The notes: generated from the letters alone by a model not told the origin. A stretch of 64,000 nucleotides of DNA from Felis catus (GCF_018350175.1 NC_058383.1:5954001-6018000); one strand, 5' to 3'. Positions 41,791 through 55,615 are shown, numbered from the stretch's first letter. Program-made: numbers and translations.

Positions 41791-43859
41791 CCCTGCCACC
41801 CTTCGAATGAGACTTTGTTCCACATCCTCACTCACATCAGGAAGGCATCATAGAGGAGGGGTGCATGAGCTGAGTCTGGAAGGGAGAGGAGAGGTGAGTT
41901 GTCTCGGGGAAGGGCACTCAGGGCAGAGGAAGCAGCCTCGGGAAGGAGCCCGGGACCCAGGGAGTAGTGAGCACTTGGGGACGGGGGCACCAGAGGGCTT
42001 TGTGCCCACAGAGGCAGGGAGATGGGATGAGAACAGAAAGAGCGAGAACCCGGGTCATCCGGAGTCTGGAGGTTACCTGGGGGCAATAGGGAGCCACCTG
42101 AGGGCTTTCAGCAAGGGCAGGCCACGATCTAAAGTGAGAACTAGAAAGTGGGATGTGCCATCCTGGGGACAGTTCACTGTTGTGGGGTGGGGGCTGCAGG
42201 AGGCGGTGCTCAGGGGGAGATAGGAAGATTTGCTGTCGCACTGGTCTGGCCAAGAGACGAGGGGCCAGAGCCATAAGAAGAAGAGTCAGCGGAGACAGGA
42301 TGGACAGCCCCAGCCGTTCCCGTGAGGGATCCTGGGTGTGGAGGTGACACAGAGATGCTCCTGGGTTCCACGCAACAGCCTGGGTGTCCCTCGGAGCAAC
42401 TCTCAGGATGTGTGGTGCCATATTCTCCAACTCGTCCTTCACTGAAAGGTTACAGGGCAGTACCTCATAGTTAGTGCAAGTTAGCTTGCACAGATGACCA
42501 AGGAGGCCGTGGCCAATCACTGAGCATGTGCAGTGTGGTACTTTGAATGAATGCACGCACGAGTGAGTGGGTGAGTGAAGGAAGGAATGAATGATACAAC
42601 AACGCTCCTTCATCCAACCAGGGCGCTTCCTTGCAAAGCAAGAAGTCAGCTCCCTCAATGACTGGGATGTAATTTAGTTCCTAATGAGCCCTTGAGTGTG
42701 TATCGTAATCAGGGAGCGCTCTGGCGGGCGAACCTGTCGGCCGGACAAGCCACTTCTTTGTTGAGTTGAGCTAAGATGGTGATTTACCAGAGTGAAAACT
42801 AATAAGATTCCACAGGCACCAGCTTTTATGTGCAGTCATATAATACGGGTGTAATTATACGCGTGCATCCGTAAATTGGACACAGACCTAAAGAGCACGC
42901 TTCTGGTAGCAAAGCGAAAGACTCGGCAAAGCCATAAAAGATATCACGGTGCCTGCTGTGTGCGTGTGGAAGCTGCCATTGGTGGGGTGTCTGTTTCCAC
43001 GAACTCGGTGATCTGGGGGCTCTTTTGTGATTCGGCAGTCTTGCCCTTTCTTCTTGAAGTCAGGCAGTGCCCAGTCTTGGCGGCCTCCCCACGTCTCAGC
43101 CACTAACGTCGGCGAAAGCTTTGTGCTGGCTGAGAGCATTTCTTGCACTTTGTGTGGCTTCCAGCCGTGTTGTTGGTTAATCACAGAGCTTAAAATGTGA
43201 TCAGACAAGATCTGACTTTAGCCTTTCTAAGCTGGCAATTTTGCAGAAGGCCCACGGAATGACATTCATTACTTTAATTGTAAAGCCCTTGAACTACTGG
43301 TTCTACCTGAAGCAGACAGAGTGGTGGTGGCTTGGGGTGGGGGGGGGGGCAGGTGGATTAAAAAGCAAGCCTGCCCCCTCCTGGAGCCATTCCTTCTCCT
43401 GTAAAGGAGGGGTTTGATCCAGGCTGCCTCCTTGTAAGAACCACCACCCCCCCCCCCGCCCCGTCCCGTAAAATTCTAAAACCCTGATTACTCCCTAGGA
43501 CATGGCTTCTGTAACAGTCCTTTAACCCCACCTTGTAGGAACCAGTCCGGAATTGGGTAAAAAGGCTGAGAAACAGATACCCAGGACATTTTGGCTGCTC
43601 AGTGCTCAAATGACTCTGGGGAGATACTCTTGTTACCCATTTGCCAAGTCAGGTTGATTCAGCCTGGCCCTTGCAGGCTCTTTGAAACCCTGGAGGGAGA
43701 GTCTGTTGGGGGGCTGAGCTGGGGTTTGGGGGGGGTAACTTGTGTGCAGATTTCCCAGTGCTTTTGCAGCTAATCCTATGTGTCGGCTGCCCTCTGGGGA
43801 GGCTGTGGGGGATGGGGGGGGATCCAAACTGTTGAAGGTCTCTGAGGTCTTCCAGGAGG

Positions 43860-44288
43860 AGACAGACCGGTGGTCACCTCTCCAGCTGGGTGGGATTCTG
43901 TTGGACAGATAGAAAGAGACAAGGCGTTCCGTGTTTTCATCTGGGGGGTGACCACCTGGCTATGTGTGCAAAGATCCGCTGAGCCCTTGGAATGCTCCAC
44001 CTGATAAGAGTGTCTTTGCTTACTTGGAGGCCTTGGGCAATGGCAGACAGTCTAGTAATATGATTTAGGATGGGGGCTTTGGGTCACAATGGTCACCTTG
44101 ACCTCCAGAAGGGCTGGAGACTGAGGTCAGCCATACAGGGAGTCAACCATGTCTGTGTTATGGATCCCCAGTAAAGACCCTGGGGGCGCCTGGGTGGCTC
44201 AGTCGGTTGAGCATTCAACCCTTGATTTTGACTCAGGTCATGATCCCAGGGCCGTGGGATCCAGCCCTGTGTCGAGCTCTGTGCTGGG

Positions 44289-44337
<49 letters not shown>

Positions 44338-44735
44338 TCCCCTCTGCCCCTCTCTCCCATCTGCGTGCTCTCTCTCTTTCTCTTTCTAAAATAATAAAAA
44401 TAAAAATATAAGACTCTGGACACCGAGGCTGGGGGGCTTCCCTGCTCATGCATATTGTCACATGTCACTGGGAGACATCTGCACTGCCCTTGACTCCACT
44501 GATAGGTGACAGCTGGAAACTCTGTGTTTGCATCTTTTCTCTCCTCTGCCCCATGAGCCTTTTCCTTGTCCTGATCTTCATCTGTATTCTTCCACTGTAA
44601 TAAACCTTGACCTTGTGTGTAACAGCTCTTGGCGAATTCTGTGAGTCCTCTCAGTGAATTAACCAAACCTGAGGGTGGTCTTGGGTACCACTGACGTCAG
44701 AAGTAAAGACTCGTGGACTGTTCCCCTGACTCTGG
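43860..44735 (+). mobile_element. MER21C/MER68/MER77-like ERVL LTR, split by a SINE
   Basis: ctggagactgaggtcagcca...ctggacaccgaggct...ctgtaataaacc...ttctgtgagtcctctcagtgaattaaccaaacctgagggtggtcttggg. Confidence 0.75.
44183..44410 (+). mobile_element. Can-SINE
   Basis: TSD aagaccctgg / aagactctgg. Confidence 0.92.
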
Positions 44736-46009
44736 AAATGGCCAGGCCCGCAACTGGGTTTTCTACCATTTGCAGAATACATGCTCAGTCTAGCTCACAC
44801 CGGCCACCTGCACCTGGAGGAGATGAGGGAGGACGAGGGAGAAGTCCCTTGAGGACCTTTCTGGAAGCTGTTTCTCTTCAGAAGAACAGGTCGCTGCCAC
44901 CTGGGTCCTCGCACAGAAACCAACAAACAAAGAAACAGGCACATTCCTGATCCGCAGAGTTACGGACCCTCCTTGGGACAGGGCCCTTTGAGTCTCATCC
45001 GCCCTTCCGTTTTCGCACCTGCCTCTCCTCCCCCGTCACGTGTCCCCGGAGGAAAGTGAACGTTTCCAAGAAACCGCGGACCGCGTGAGATCAGTTTCTT
45101 TAGATCCCATTGGACGTTCCCCACCTGGTACCCACAGAATCTGAAAAAAAGCAAATGAGTTCTGGAGAGAGAATTTATTGGGGGAAGAGGAGATAGCAAA
45201 CAATTATGTGTATCTGTTGGTTTGTTTTTCACATCTGGTCACCAGGCCAAAGAAACATAATTAATTTTTTGGTTCCAAAGAGACAATTCCACCAATGATA
45301 CACATCTTTAATTAGCCCAGCTCAACAATTGTGCCCCGGTACTTTATTTCAGGGAGCTCCACGCTGACACGTTAATGGAAGATGGTTCCAGACTCCGGGG
45401 TAAGAATAAAAGTGATTGCGCAGGCCTGAAATGAAGGTGGTTGCTTACACAAGATAAGCCCTGGGTTTCATTCTAGAAGTGATCTAATCGGTGGCGCATC
45501 TAGGAGCCACATGCAAATGGGAGAAGAGCAGTGTGGAATCCGTGGGGGGGGGGGGGGAGGAGGGGGTAGGTACGTCTCTTGAGGCCGTGTTTTGCAAGTG
45601 GTGGAAATGCAATACGGACTAGCTTGAACATCCAGAACTTTTGTCATCTTACAAATCTGAAGGGTTCTGTGGCAGGGCTCTCCGAGCGGCCTCCGACCCG
45701 GTTCTCTGCCATTCCCTCATCTCCCTTCCTCGGCTTGTCGGCTTCCTTCTCACACTGGTTTCCCTCCCAGTCACAACACGGCTGCCAGGAGGCCTGGCAG
45801 GAGGCACGTGGCTGCAGACCTCCTCCTTCCCGTGGGGAAGGTTGGGGGGAGTGAGCAGAATAGCCTCCCACAACCCTCGGAGTCCTGAGCTCGGCTCTGA
45901 TGGGACCAACCCGGCCGGGGCCTGATTGGCTTAGGTGAATGACTCACGTATGTACCAAATGGCCACACGAGGAGGAGCTGAGTGTGGTTAGAAAGGAGTG
46001 ATGGGTTGA

Positions 46010-46216
46010 GGGGCGCCTGGGTGGCTCGGTCGGTGAAGCCTGTGATGCTTGGCCTTGGCTCAGGTTGGGTCACGGTTTGTGAGTCAGAGCCCCACGTCAG
46101 CTTTGGTGCCAAAAGTGCGGAGCCTGCTTGAGATTCTGTCTCTTTCCTTCTCTCTCTGCCCCTCCCCTTCTTGCTCTCTCTCTTTCTCAAAGTAAATAAA
46201 TTAACATTAAAAAAAA
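46010..46216 (+). mobile_element. Can-SINE
   Basis: TSD aaaggagtgatgggttga / aaaggagtaatgggttga. Confidence 0.93.
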
Positions 46217-47822
46217 AAAGGAGTAATGGGTTGATACCAGTAGCATTAGTAGGATAATTTGAAGAGAGCTGACTAGAGACTCATCAGAGGCGTGAGCAGG
46301 GGGAGAGGAAAACCGTGAGGCTGAGGCGGTGCCCTGGGTTCTGTGACTGCCCCTAGGCCTGCGGGGGCCAGGCACCGCCATGGTCACTGAGACTGGCATC
46401 AGAGGGATCAGAGGGGAGGGAACCACCTGACAGAACCCATGGCCCTGGTCCAAAGAGCAGCCAGCTGGTGCTGACAGTGCCCATAAAGAGCTGAGAAACA
46501 AATCCCAGACCCCGCTCTCTGCCCCCACTCTATCACCTGCTGGGCTCCCCATTGCCAAACCTGACAAGAAGCCAGAGGGCAGGGAGCCTCAGGGTGTGGC
46601 CGGCACAGAGCAGTCCTGGGCGGAGAGCAGCTTGGAGGAGCCTGGGGGAGGGCCCCCAGGGCAGGAGACGGAATCCTGGTCCATGGCGTGGGGTGCAAAC
46701 ACAGCTCCCGGCTGCGTCTCCCTCCAGGAACCAGGCAGGGGCATCTACAACAGGTCAGACCAGCTTCCCCAGCAAGCCTGTTGGTCCTGATGTGTGAGCC
46801 CTCTAGGACCAATAGGGAAAGTTTGCTCTCCTAATCAAAAAGTTGCTTTGTGAAATCAAAACCGGGCAGATCAGGTTTCAAATCGTGGCTCTGCCATTTA
46901 CCAGCCTTGTGAATAGAAAGAAGTTAACCTTCTTATAATCTAGCTTCCTCATTCACAAGAAGGGAAGGATAACACAACTGGCCGTTAGGGGCATTAAGTT
47001 AAATAATGTGTGCCAGATGCCTGGCATGTAATATGTGCTTGATATATGCTGTTACTGTTTTTGACTGAGATACACTGTGATGTATTTACATTGTGATACA
47101 ATGTGATACATTGCCCATAAAGCCTTAGAGGATGCTCTACATGGGGCCCTGCGCTTTTTTTTTTTTCATGATTTCTCTAAAGAGGTGGCATCTCAGCTAG
47201 ACCAGAATGGGCAAGAAATTTTCCAGATGAATGCCACTGTAAGGAAGATCTTTCTCTATCTGCTCCTTGATCGCATCATTGTGCTGCTCAAACATCTGCT
47301 ATGACTCCCTATTTCCTGCCATAATAATTCTGAGCCTGTGTGACCTGAAGTCATCTGCCCACACCATCCCCATCCATGGGAAAGCTGTGCCTGGGCCCAT
47401 AGTTCTAAACAGCTGGAAGTCTTCCCCCCCCCCCACATTCTCATCTTCCCAAATCCATAAATCCCTCCCACTTAAGCTTCAAGACTCAAGGAGGCTCCCC
47501 TCATCTGCGCAGCCCTGTTTCCACACCCACACATCCCTCCCCGTTGGATCGCTGCTATCCGCTAAGGCCCTTACTCACCAGCTCTGAGTTGCTGGATGTG
47601 GGAGCTCAGAATCCTGGCACATAGCCTTGTTCACAGTAGGCACTCCATAAATGTTGGTTGAGTAAATACGTCATTATTTGCAATTTAATAATTTAATATT
47701 TTATTAGTTGTGGTAAGTGACAAAGAGTCTCCATTTTCTCATTGGTGAATCTTAAGGATTATGATGAAGAATGAACCAATATGAGTCCCCATATTTGATG
47801 TATAAGACTCATCACAGGGACT

Positions 47823-47889
47823 CATATATACATATATACATATATATATATACATATATATACATATACATCGTGTGTGTGTGTGTGTA

Positions 47890-47950
<61 letters not shown>
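47823..47950. repeat. Compound (TA/CA)n-(TG)n-(TA)n microsatellite
   Basis: Read directly from the sequence. Confidence 0.95.
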
Positions 47951-47951
<1 letters not shown>

Positions 47952-47959
47952 AGAACCTC

Positions 47960-48640
47960 TTCCCACTAAACACACCCTCACTGCAAACTACAGGTAACCA
48001 TTGGTCTGCTGTCCAAATGGAATAGAGTTTCTTTCCTAAAGTGTAATAAAAGAATTAGACTACAAGTGCTCTTAGTAGGTTGGCTTCTTTCACTCACCTC
48101 GATGTTTTTAGATTCACCCATGTTGTTGTATTCCTTTTTAAGACTCACTAGTATTCCATTTCACGGATGTATCACAATTTGTAATTTGTCAGTCTGTTCA
48201 TTTGTTGATGGACATTCGAACATTGTCTGATTTGGGTTATTATGAATAAGCTTTCATGAACCTTTGTGTATGAGTCTTTGTGTGGACATATGTTTTCTTT
48301 TGGGTAAATACCTAGGAGTGGAATCACTGAGTTGTACAATAAGTGTATAATTAACTTAATAAGAGACTCCCAAACTGTTTTCCAAAGTGGTTGTAGCATT
48401 TCACGTTCTGGCCGACAAGGTATAAGAGTTCTAGTTGCCCCAGATCCTTGTCAACATTTGGTGTTGTCAGTGTTAAATTTTAGCCACTCTAGTGGGTGTA
48501 CAGTAGCATCTCACTGTGGTTTTAGTTTGCAATTCCCTGGCAGCTAATGATGTTGACCATCTTTTCATGTGCTTGTTGGCTATTCATGCATTTGCTTTTG
48601 TGAAAGGTCTGTTCAAATCTCCTGTCCACTCCTATGGTTT
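47960..48640 (-). mobile_element. Old L1M fragment (ORF2 C-terminus and 3' UTR)
   Basis: ORF 48172-48399 reads LQPLWKTVW...IPLLGIYPKE, an L1 ORF2 C-terminal remnant. Confidence 0.88.
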
Positions 48641-49065
48641 TAAAGCCTGCCTCCCACATAAACCAAAAAGAAAAAAAAAAAATCCTGAGTGTCACTTTCC
48701 CAGCTTCCCTTGCAGCTAGCCTGTACTCGTGAAATCTAGGATTGATGAATCCGAGGCACCCGGCCCAATCTGTGCTTTCTGAGCTGGTGATTGGACAAGT
48801 AGGGATGTTTCTGCATTGGTGGTAACACCAGCTGCCGTGGTACCAGTGGCCACACACATTGACTAGTGACCTCTATCAAGTGTTGAAGTGAAGCCCAACC
48901 CACTGGATTTTTTAGAGCCCAGCAGCAGGGGCCTCACCATGTCAGGCCTGTGACTGACTCTGGACCAGCTTCCTCAAATCCTGCCTGTGATCCTGGAGCC
49001 ACTCAACCTCCTTTTAGTGACCTCCTTTCCTGCTTGCATCAGCCACATCCACTGAGTCTGTTTCT

Positions 49066-49286
49066 TTTTTCTTTTTTTTTTTTTTCAATTTTTTCAATGT
49101 TTATTTGTTTTTGAGATAGAGCGTGAGCAGGGGAGGAGCACAGAGAGAGGGAGACACAGAATCTGAAGCTGGCTCAAGGCTGAGCTGTCAGCACAGAGCC
49201 CGATGCGGGGCTCAAACTCACAAACTGCCAGATCATGACCCGAGCCGAGGTCGGATGCTTAACCGACTGAGCCACCCAGGAGCCCT
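49066..49286 (-). mobile_element. Can-SINE
   Basis: TSD ctgagtctgtttct on both sides. Confidence 0.94.
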
Positions 49287-49934
49287 GCTGAGTCTGTTTC
49301 TATCAGGACACAGCTTGGAGCACAGTAGGTTGGTATGTTGATTTCTGGCGTACTGGGAATGTCCAAGATTGTGACTTTCTCGGTCTGAACGAGAGCCCAT
49401 GAATTAACATGCCACTTGTCACTGCACCCATTACAGGTTTGGCTTGCTTGTCAACTTTTTGCCAAAGGGCTTGACAATAAAAGACACTGTTGAAAATGAA
49501 ATCTTAAAATTGCCTTTTTTAAAGAGGGCTCTTTTCCAAAGGCTGGATCTCCGCCCGCATTTGCATTTGGACTTGGGAAGCGAATACAGTGTGATAAGTA
49601 TTTATTTTTAATAATCTGATAGCATGCAAATACATTTCCCATTTCCCCACTTCTTTCCCTTTGTGAAACTTTGTGCCCCTGACGGAAATAAGAACGAGCA
49701 AAGACTCAACAACTAAAAATGCAGCTGGGGGTTTCTCCACCACTGTCCTTTGGGAATTGCTAGAAAATTTCTGAAGTTACAGGCTTGGCACCCCACTCTA
49801 AGTACAATTTTGGGATCGCACTTCTCAGGGCAGGGCAGGGCAGGGTCTAGGTTTTGCAGGCTCTGAAGCACCTATGATTTGGGGGCTAAGAAGAGAATGC
49901 AAAACTATCACAAAAGCATTAGAAGCAGGCATTG

Positions 49935-50147
49935 GAGGGACACCTGGGTGGCTCAGTTGGCCGAGCGTCCGACTTCAGCTCAGGTCGTGATCTCACGGTT
50001 CTCGTGGGTTTGAGCCCCATATCGGGCTCTTTGCAACCTGCTTCAGATTCTGTGTCTCCCTCTCTCTCTGCCCCTCCCCTGCTCATGCTCTGTCTCTGTC
50101 TCTCAAAAATAAATAAATGTTAAAACAAAATTAAAAAGAAAGAAAGA
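49935..50147 (+). mobile_element. Can-SINE
   Basis: TSD gcaggcattgga / gcaggtattgga. Confidence 0.93.
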
Positions 50148-50699
50148 CGCAGGTATTGGAACGGGCCCTTGCAAGGGAGGGAGCTGAAGCCTGAATTTCA
50201 TTAGCTTCATAATATGTCTGTTTCTTACTACCACTGCTATTCTTTAAACATCAGCAACAAATTCTAGAGGCTGTGTGCTTCCTCCCATGTCGTTGGTCTA
50301 CCAGTTGGTTGAACTGCCCCCAGAGCTCTGGGCTTTCTCCACTTTGGTCTGATGCCCAAACAGGGTGAGCCAAGGGACACAGATTTCCATGCTCTGTGGT
50401 CAGGGCCAAGTGTAAGTTCCATGCTTGTACAAGCGGCACGGGGTCAGCTCATTCTCAGCCAAGACGCTGCCCTCGAGTAGCTGAATGCATGCGCTATATC
50501 AATGCGGCCACAGGAGCAGCGGATGAAGCTTCACCACGTGACTCACTCCAAGTCTTAGCACGAAGAAGGACGGAGCCAGAAGAGGATTTGCAGCATGATC
50601 TTACATTTAAGATTGTGTGTGTGTGGTCATAGATACCCTTACAGTGAGGATGAGTCTATGCTCCAGAGATGGCTGAAACCTCATTTCCTCCCTGCCAGC

Positions 50700-51210
50700 T
50701 CTCCTGCAGTGTGACCTCGATACTCCCTTACCAAAGGCTGGGAGGGTCTAATTCTCTTGCCCTTGAACCTAGGCTGGCCTTGTGACTCACTTTTAACTGA
50801 TAAAACGGAGGGGAAAGGGAAGCCTATGACTCGGAGACTCTTGAAACCCTTCCTCTCCAGACCAGTTCCTTTTGGGACACTCCGTGCGCAAATTGGCTGC
50901 TATGCTGTGAGGATGCCCACGCCACACGCAAGGTCACGTTTAGGCACTTCGGGAACATCACTTCCAGGTGGGCCCAGCCTTCAAGACATCCCAGTTCAGA
51001 CAGTGGCTGCGTGAGTGGAGAAACCTCCAGACAATCCAGTCCCCTGTCGCTGTAGGAGTCTTTCCAGCTGAGGCCCCAGACGTGTGGAGTGCAGCATGTG
51101 CCCTGCCTGGATTCCAGACCCACAGACACCGTGAGCTTTCTAAAACATTTGTGTTTCATGCCACTTAGCTTAGGATAGCTCATTATGCAGCAACAGATAA
51201 TGAGATATAT
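50700..51210 (+). mobile_element. MaLR LTR (MLT1G/H-like)
   Basis: cccttgaacctaggctggccttgtgactcacttt...ttccagctgaggccccagac...ttatgcagcaacagataa. Confidence 0.8.
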
Positions 51211-51396
51211 AGCTATATGTTTGTTCAAGGTAATATGAACAGAGAACGGATGGGTTGAGATGTATGCCAGGCTGTTGACATTGGTCAGAGATGAGGGAAG
51301 GCAGGGAGGGAAGGAATGGGGGAGAGAGAGAGAGAAGATAAGCCAAAGAAAAGTTTCCCATGATTCAGTGTGCTGTGTGTCTGTGTGTAAATGTTT

Positions 51397-52126
51397 GGTT
51401 TTTAAAAATTAATTAATTTATTTTTTAATTTAAATCCAAGTTAGTTAACATATAATGTAATTATGATTTCAGGCATAGAATTTAGTGATTCATCACTTAC
51501 ATATAACACCCAGGGCTCATCCCAACAAGTACCCTCTTAGTACCATCACCCATTTGGCCCATCCCCCACCCAATACTCCACCAGCAACCCTCAGTTTATT
51601 CTCTGTATGTAAGAGTCTCTTATGGTTTGTCTCCCTCCCTGTTTTTATCTTATTTTTGCTTCCCTTCCGCTATGTTCATCTGTTTTGTTTCTTAAATTCC
51701 ACGTGTGAGATCACATGTTTGTTTTTCTCAGACTGACTTATTTAGTTTAGCATAATACCCTCCAGTTCCATCCACGTAGTTGCAAATGGCAAGATTTCAT
51801 TCTTTTTGATTCCCGAGTAATACTCCATTGTACATATAGACCACATCTTCTTTATCCATTCCTCAGTCAATGTACATTTGGGCTCTTTCCATACTTTGGC
51901 TATTGTTGGTAAGCGCTGTTATAAACATGGGGGTTCATGTGCCCCTTCGAAACAGCACACCTGTATCCCTCAGATAAATACCTAGTAGTACAATTGCTGG
52001 GTCGTAGGGTAGTTTTATTTTTAATTTTTTGAGGAACCTCCACACTGTTCTCCAGAGTGGCTGCACCAGTTTGCATTCCCACCAACAGTGCAAAAGTGTT
52101 CCCCTTTCTCCGCATCCTCACCAATA
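51397..52126 (-). mobile_element. Carnivore L1, 5'-truncated
   Basis: Minus strand encodes [48 protein letters not shown] (ORF2 cysteine-rich end); TSD tgtgtaaat(g/a)ttt at 51384-51396 and 52127-52139. Confidence 0.92.
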
Positions 52127-52705
52127 TGTGTAAATATTTAAAGAGATTTTCGTGAGAAGTTGGTCTCCAAAATGTTTGTGATCGAATGTAGGTGGTTTTT
52201 CTTCCTTATAATTGTCTATGTTTTTGCAATTTTCTTTACAATTATCAGGTATTTTTATATAACCAGAAAACAGGACAAGCTTTTTTATAGAGTTTTTATT
52301 AAAAATTTTTGCTTAAAAAAAAAACTGTTTTGAGCGGTCCTCGCTGAGCAGAGGGTCATGCTACAGTGAGTCAGTCATCCCAAAGCCCACGGCTAGGTGC
52401 AACCTCTCAATTATTGACTCTTTCCTGGACCAGGGTCCCCAGCCTTGTGTCCGGGGCTCTGCAGTGACCTCCAAGGATGTGGCTTTCGGGAACAGCCTTC
52501 ACTCGCCTCCCTCCATGGCCCTGACCCTCAGGGGATCCTCTGTGAGTCCCACCGTTTGCCTGATCAGCCACTGGTCATGTGGGTGTGTGACCACCGGCAT
52601 GACCTTCCCCCTCCAACAGGACCTGCGTTTTCTTCCACAAATGGTAGTAGAAGCCAGAGGAGGCAGGGGTTGAAGGCCTGACTCTGGATTGACACCTTCC
52701 CCTGG

Positions 52706-52899
52706 ATTTTTTTTTTTCTTTTTTTTGAGAGACGGAGAGTGGGATAGAGGCAAAGCGAGAGGAGAAAGGGAATCCCAAGCGGGCTCCACGCCGTCAGCGC
52801 AGAACCTGACGTGGGGCTCCATCCCACGAACTGTGAGATCGTGACCTGAGCCAATAGCAAGAGTCGGACGCTTAACTGACTGAGCCACCCAGGCGCCCC
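52706..52899 (-). mobile_element. Can-SINE
   Basis: Full head ...gagccacccaggcgcccc. Confidence 0.92.
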
Positions 52900-52909
52900 T
52901 GCCACTGGA

Positions 52910-53730
52910 CTTTTTAAATAGCTTTATTGAGATATAAGTCACATACTCCACACTACACCCACTCAAAGCAGACGAGCCAGTGATCTCTAGCATATTATGT
53001 AAAATTTTTTAAATTGTGATAAAATACAGATCACGTAAAAATTGCCATTCTAATCATGTGTAGGTGTATAATTCAGTGGCATGAAGTGTACCCACAATGC
53101 TATGCAACCATCACCACTATTTATTTCCAAAGCTTTTTCATGACTCCAGACAGAAACTCTGTATCCGTTAGCCAGTAACCGACACCCCCCCACCCTCCTT
53201 CCCCCAGCCTCCCGGTAACCTCTGATCTACTTTCTGTCTCTACGAATTTGCCTATTCCAGATACTTTACATAAGCGGAATCACAGGGTACACGGTCTTTT
53301 GTGTCTGTCTTCTTTCACCTCGTACAATGTCCTCAAGATTCATTTATGTCGTAGCACGTGTCAGTAAGTTCTTCATTCATTTAAAAAAAATTTTTTTAAT
53401 GTTTATTTATTTTTTAAGAGATGGAGAGACAGAGTGTGAGTGGGGAGAGGGACAGAGAGAGAGAGGGAGACACAGACTCCGAAGCAGGCTCCAGGCTCTG
53501 AGCTGTCAGCACAGAGCCCGACGCGGGGCTTGAACTCACGAGCTGTGAGATCATGACCTGAGCTGAAGTCGGACGCCCAACCGACTGAGCCACCCAGGCA
53601 CCCCCAGTTCTTCATCCATTTTTATGTCTGAATTTTTATGTCTGAACCCGTTGTACGGATGTACTCCACTGTGTTTATCCATCTGCTGGTGGACACTTGA
53701 GTTCTGTCTTTCCTGCCACTGGCTTTTTTG
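52910..53730 (-). mobile_element. Old L1M 3' fragments, split by a SINE
   Basis: gctttattgagatataag...; ctgatctactttctgtctctacgaatttgcctattccaga. Confidence 0.82.
53383..53605 (-). mobile_element. Can-SINE
   Basis: TSD agttcttcattcattt / agttcttcatccattt. Confidence 0.94.
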
Positions 53731-54149
53731 AGACCCAAGAGTGTGTTTCTCCTTGAAGATACAGGACACATTTTCCTTGATCAGGATTCAAACTCTGTCC
53801 TGGGGACATTTCAGGTCTGGAGGAGGGAGGGGCCGGGTGAGGCGGAACAGCTGTGGATACGGATGGAGCCTCACAGGTGGCCGGCCCACACCTGCCAGTG
53901 GCTAACACAGACTCTGGGTCATTCCCTGCACTCCGACCTGGGCTAACTCCACACCCTCTCCGGAACTCAGTTTCCTCGCGAATGCCTCCACGTGGACTGC
54001 TGCAAGGACCAAATGAGATGTGCAGGTAGAGCACTTTGCCCAGCGCCCGGTCCGTGATGAGCACACAGCGCTGGGACGTCCTGCAGCTGGCACCTTCCAC
54101 CCGGCACCATCTGCGTCCCTCTGCCTGTGGCTTTCCTGGAAGCTCTGAT

Positions 54150-54480
54150 GGTGCCCATGGCACAATAGACAGGGACATACAGCCACCCCTATTCCAACAG
54201 CCTCCCGCCAACCACGTGTGAACACCAGCCCCCTCACACTTGGGTCTGGGTATCCAGGTGCGTGTTTCATAGCGCTTCCCAGAGTCCTCAGTGGGGTGAA
54301 GCTCCAGTTGTCCCTGGGGGGAGGCCGGCTTGGCGTCACCCCCTCTGCTGGCTGCCTTCTCTTCCTCATCTCACTTCCCCTCTCTTCCACCGATGTTCCG
54401 TGGGCTTCCTGAATAAACAGCATGCGCTTGAATCCTTGTCTCAGGGTCTACTTCTAGGCAGAATTCCAATTAAGACCCCC
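54150..54480 (+). mobile_element. LTR16-like ERVL LTR remnant
   Basis: cccagagtcctcagtggggtgaagctccagttgtcc...cctgaataaacagcatgcgcttgaatccttgtctcagggtctacttct...taagac. Confidence 0.65.
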
Positions 54481-55421
54481 ATATACTAGTAGGAGTAGCA
54501 GCAGCAGTCAACGGGGTCCCATCTCAATCTCCACCTCCTCCAAGAGGCCTCCCCTGACTGCACCCACCGCAGGGACCACCCTCTCCTACAAAGTTGCAGC
54601 CCTCGGCGGCCGGAGCTTTCATTTCTCTCTTGAGCACGTCCGCCTTATTTCGTTCCAGGTCTCATCAGTTGCATGCAGAAAATGCTAATTCTGTGGGCTG
54701 GCCCAGGGGGCTGACAACGGCACGCTCTGAATCTGTGATGAAGCCATCCCGCCTTTGATGGAAACAGAAGATGAAACGTGGCTCAGCGCATCCCGGGGAG
54801 ACGGGGCCCGGCATGCAATATTTAAACGGCCCTTTCATGAAAGGGAGCTACCCAGGCTCTTAACATCGGTGTTCAAGAAAGTCAGACTCGATTTTTAGCC
54901 TCAGACTGATGTTTGGGTGCACTTCGTGTTTTAAATACTCATTTCTGTGGCCTTGATATATTAATCCATCTCCTTTCAAGTTTTACAAGCCTAACGTGCT
55001 ATTGTCGGTACTTTGTTGGGAGGTGGGCGTGAGAGGTAGGGACTCATCACATCGAAGAGGGAATTTCACTGTCCCTCAGAGGTCAGTAAAGCTGACGCCT
55101 TCGACGTGGAGACATGAGACACCAGAGGCATCGTTCACACGATTCAGGGCCTTGTCTGTTCTTCCTCTTTCTCTTCCCTCTTTGTTTCTGCTTTTTTATT
55201 GAGATATAACTTCTGATAAAGTGGACAGATCTACGCTCACAGCTCAGTGAATGTGTGTGCATGTGCCCCGTGTAACCACCACCAGATCAGGATGTAGAGC
55301 ATTCTGTCACCCCAGAGGGACCCCTCATGTTCCTTCCTATCCGGCAGCCCTAAGGAAACCACTATTCTGACTGTTGTTGCCTAAGATTTGTCTTCCATGG
55401 TTTCAAACTTCGTATAAAAGA

Positions 55422-55615
55422 GGGGTGCCTGCGTGGCTCAGTAGGTTAAGCATCTGACTTCCGCTCAGCTCATGATCCTGTGGTTCGTGGGTCTGAGCCC
55501 CGAGTCGGGTTCTGTGCTGACAGCTCAGAGCCTGGAGCCTGCTTTGGATTCTGTGTCCTCTCTGTCCCTCCCCTGCTCATGCTCTGTCTCTCTTTCAAAA
55601 ATACACATTAAAAAG
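55422..55615 (+). mobile_element. Can-SINE within old L1 fragments (~55190-56030)
   Basis: Head ggggtgcctgcgtggctcag; flanks resemble antisense L1M. Confidence 0.9.

Noticed and set aside
40973..42658. 210-aa (+) and 246-aa (-) ORFs
   Set aside because: They run through LTR-like and other degenerate repeat sequence and resemble no known protein.
53618..53645. 14-bp exact tandem duplication, and similar small ones at ~40975-41001, ~32668-32690 and (CAGGG)4 at ~49826
   Set aside because: Ordinary slippage products in repeat or intergenic DNA with no sign of function.
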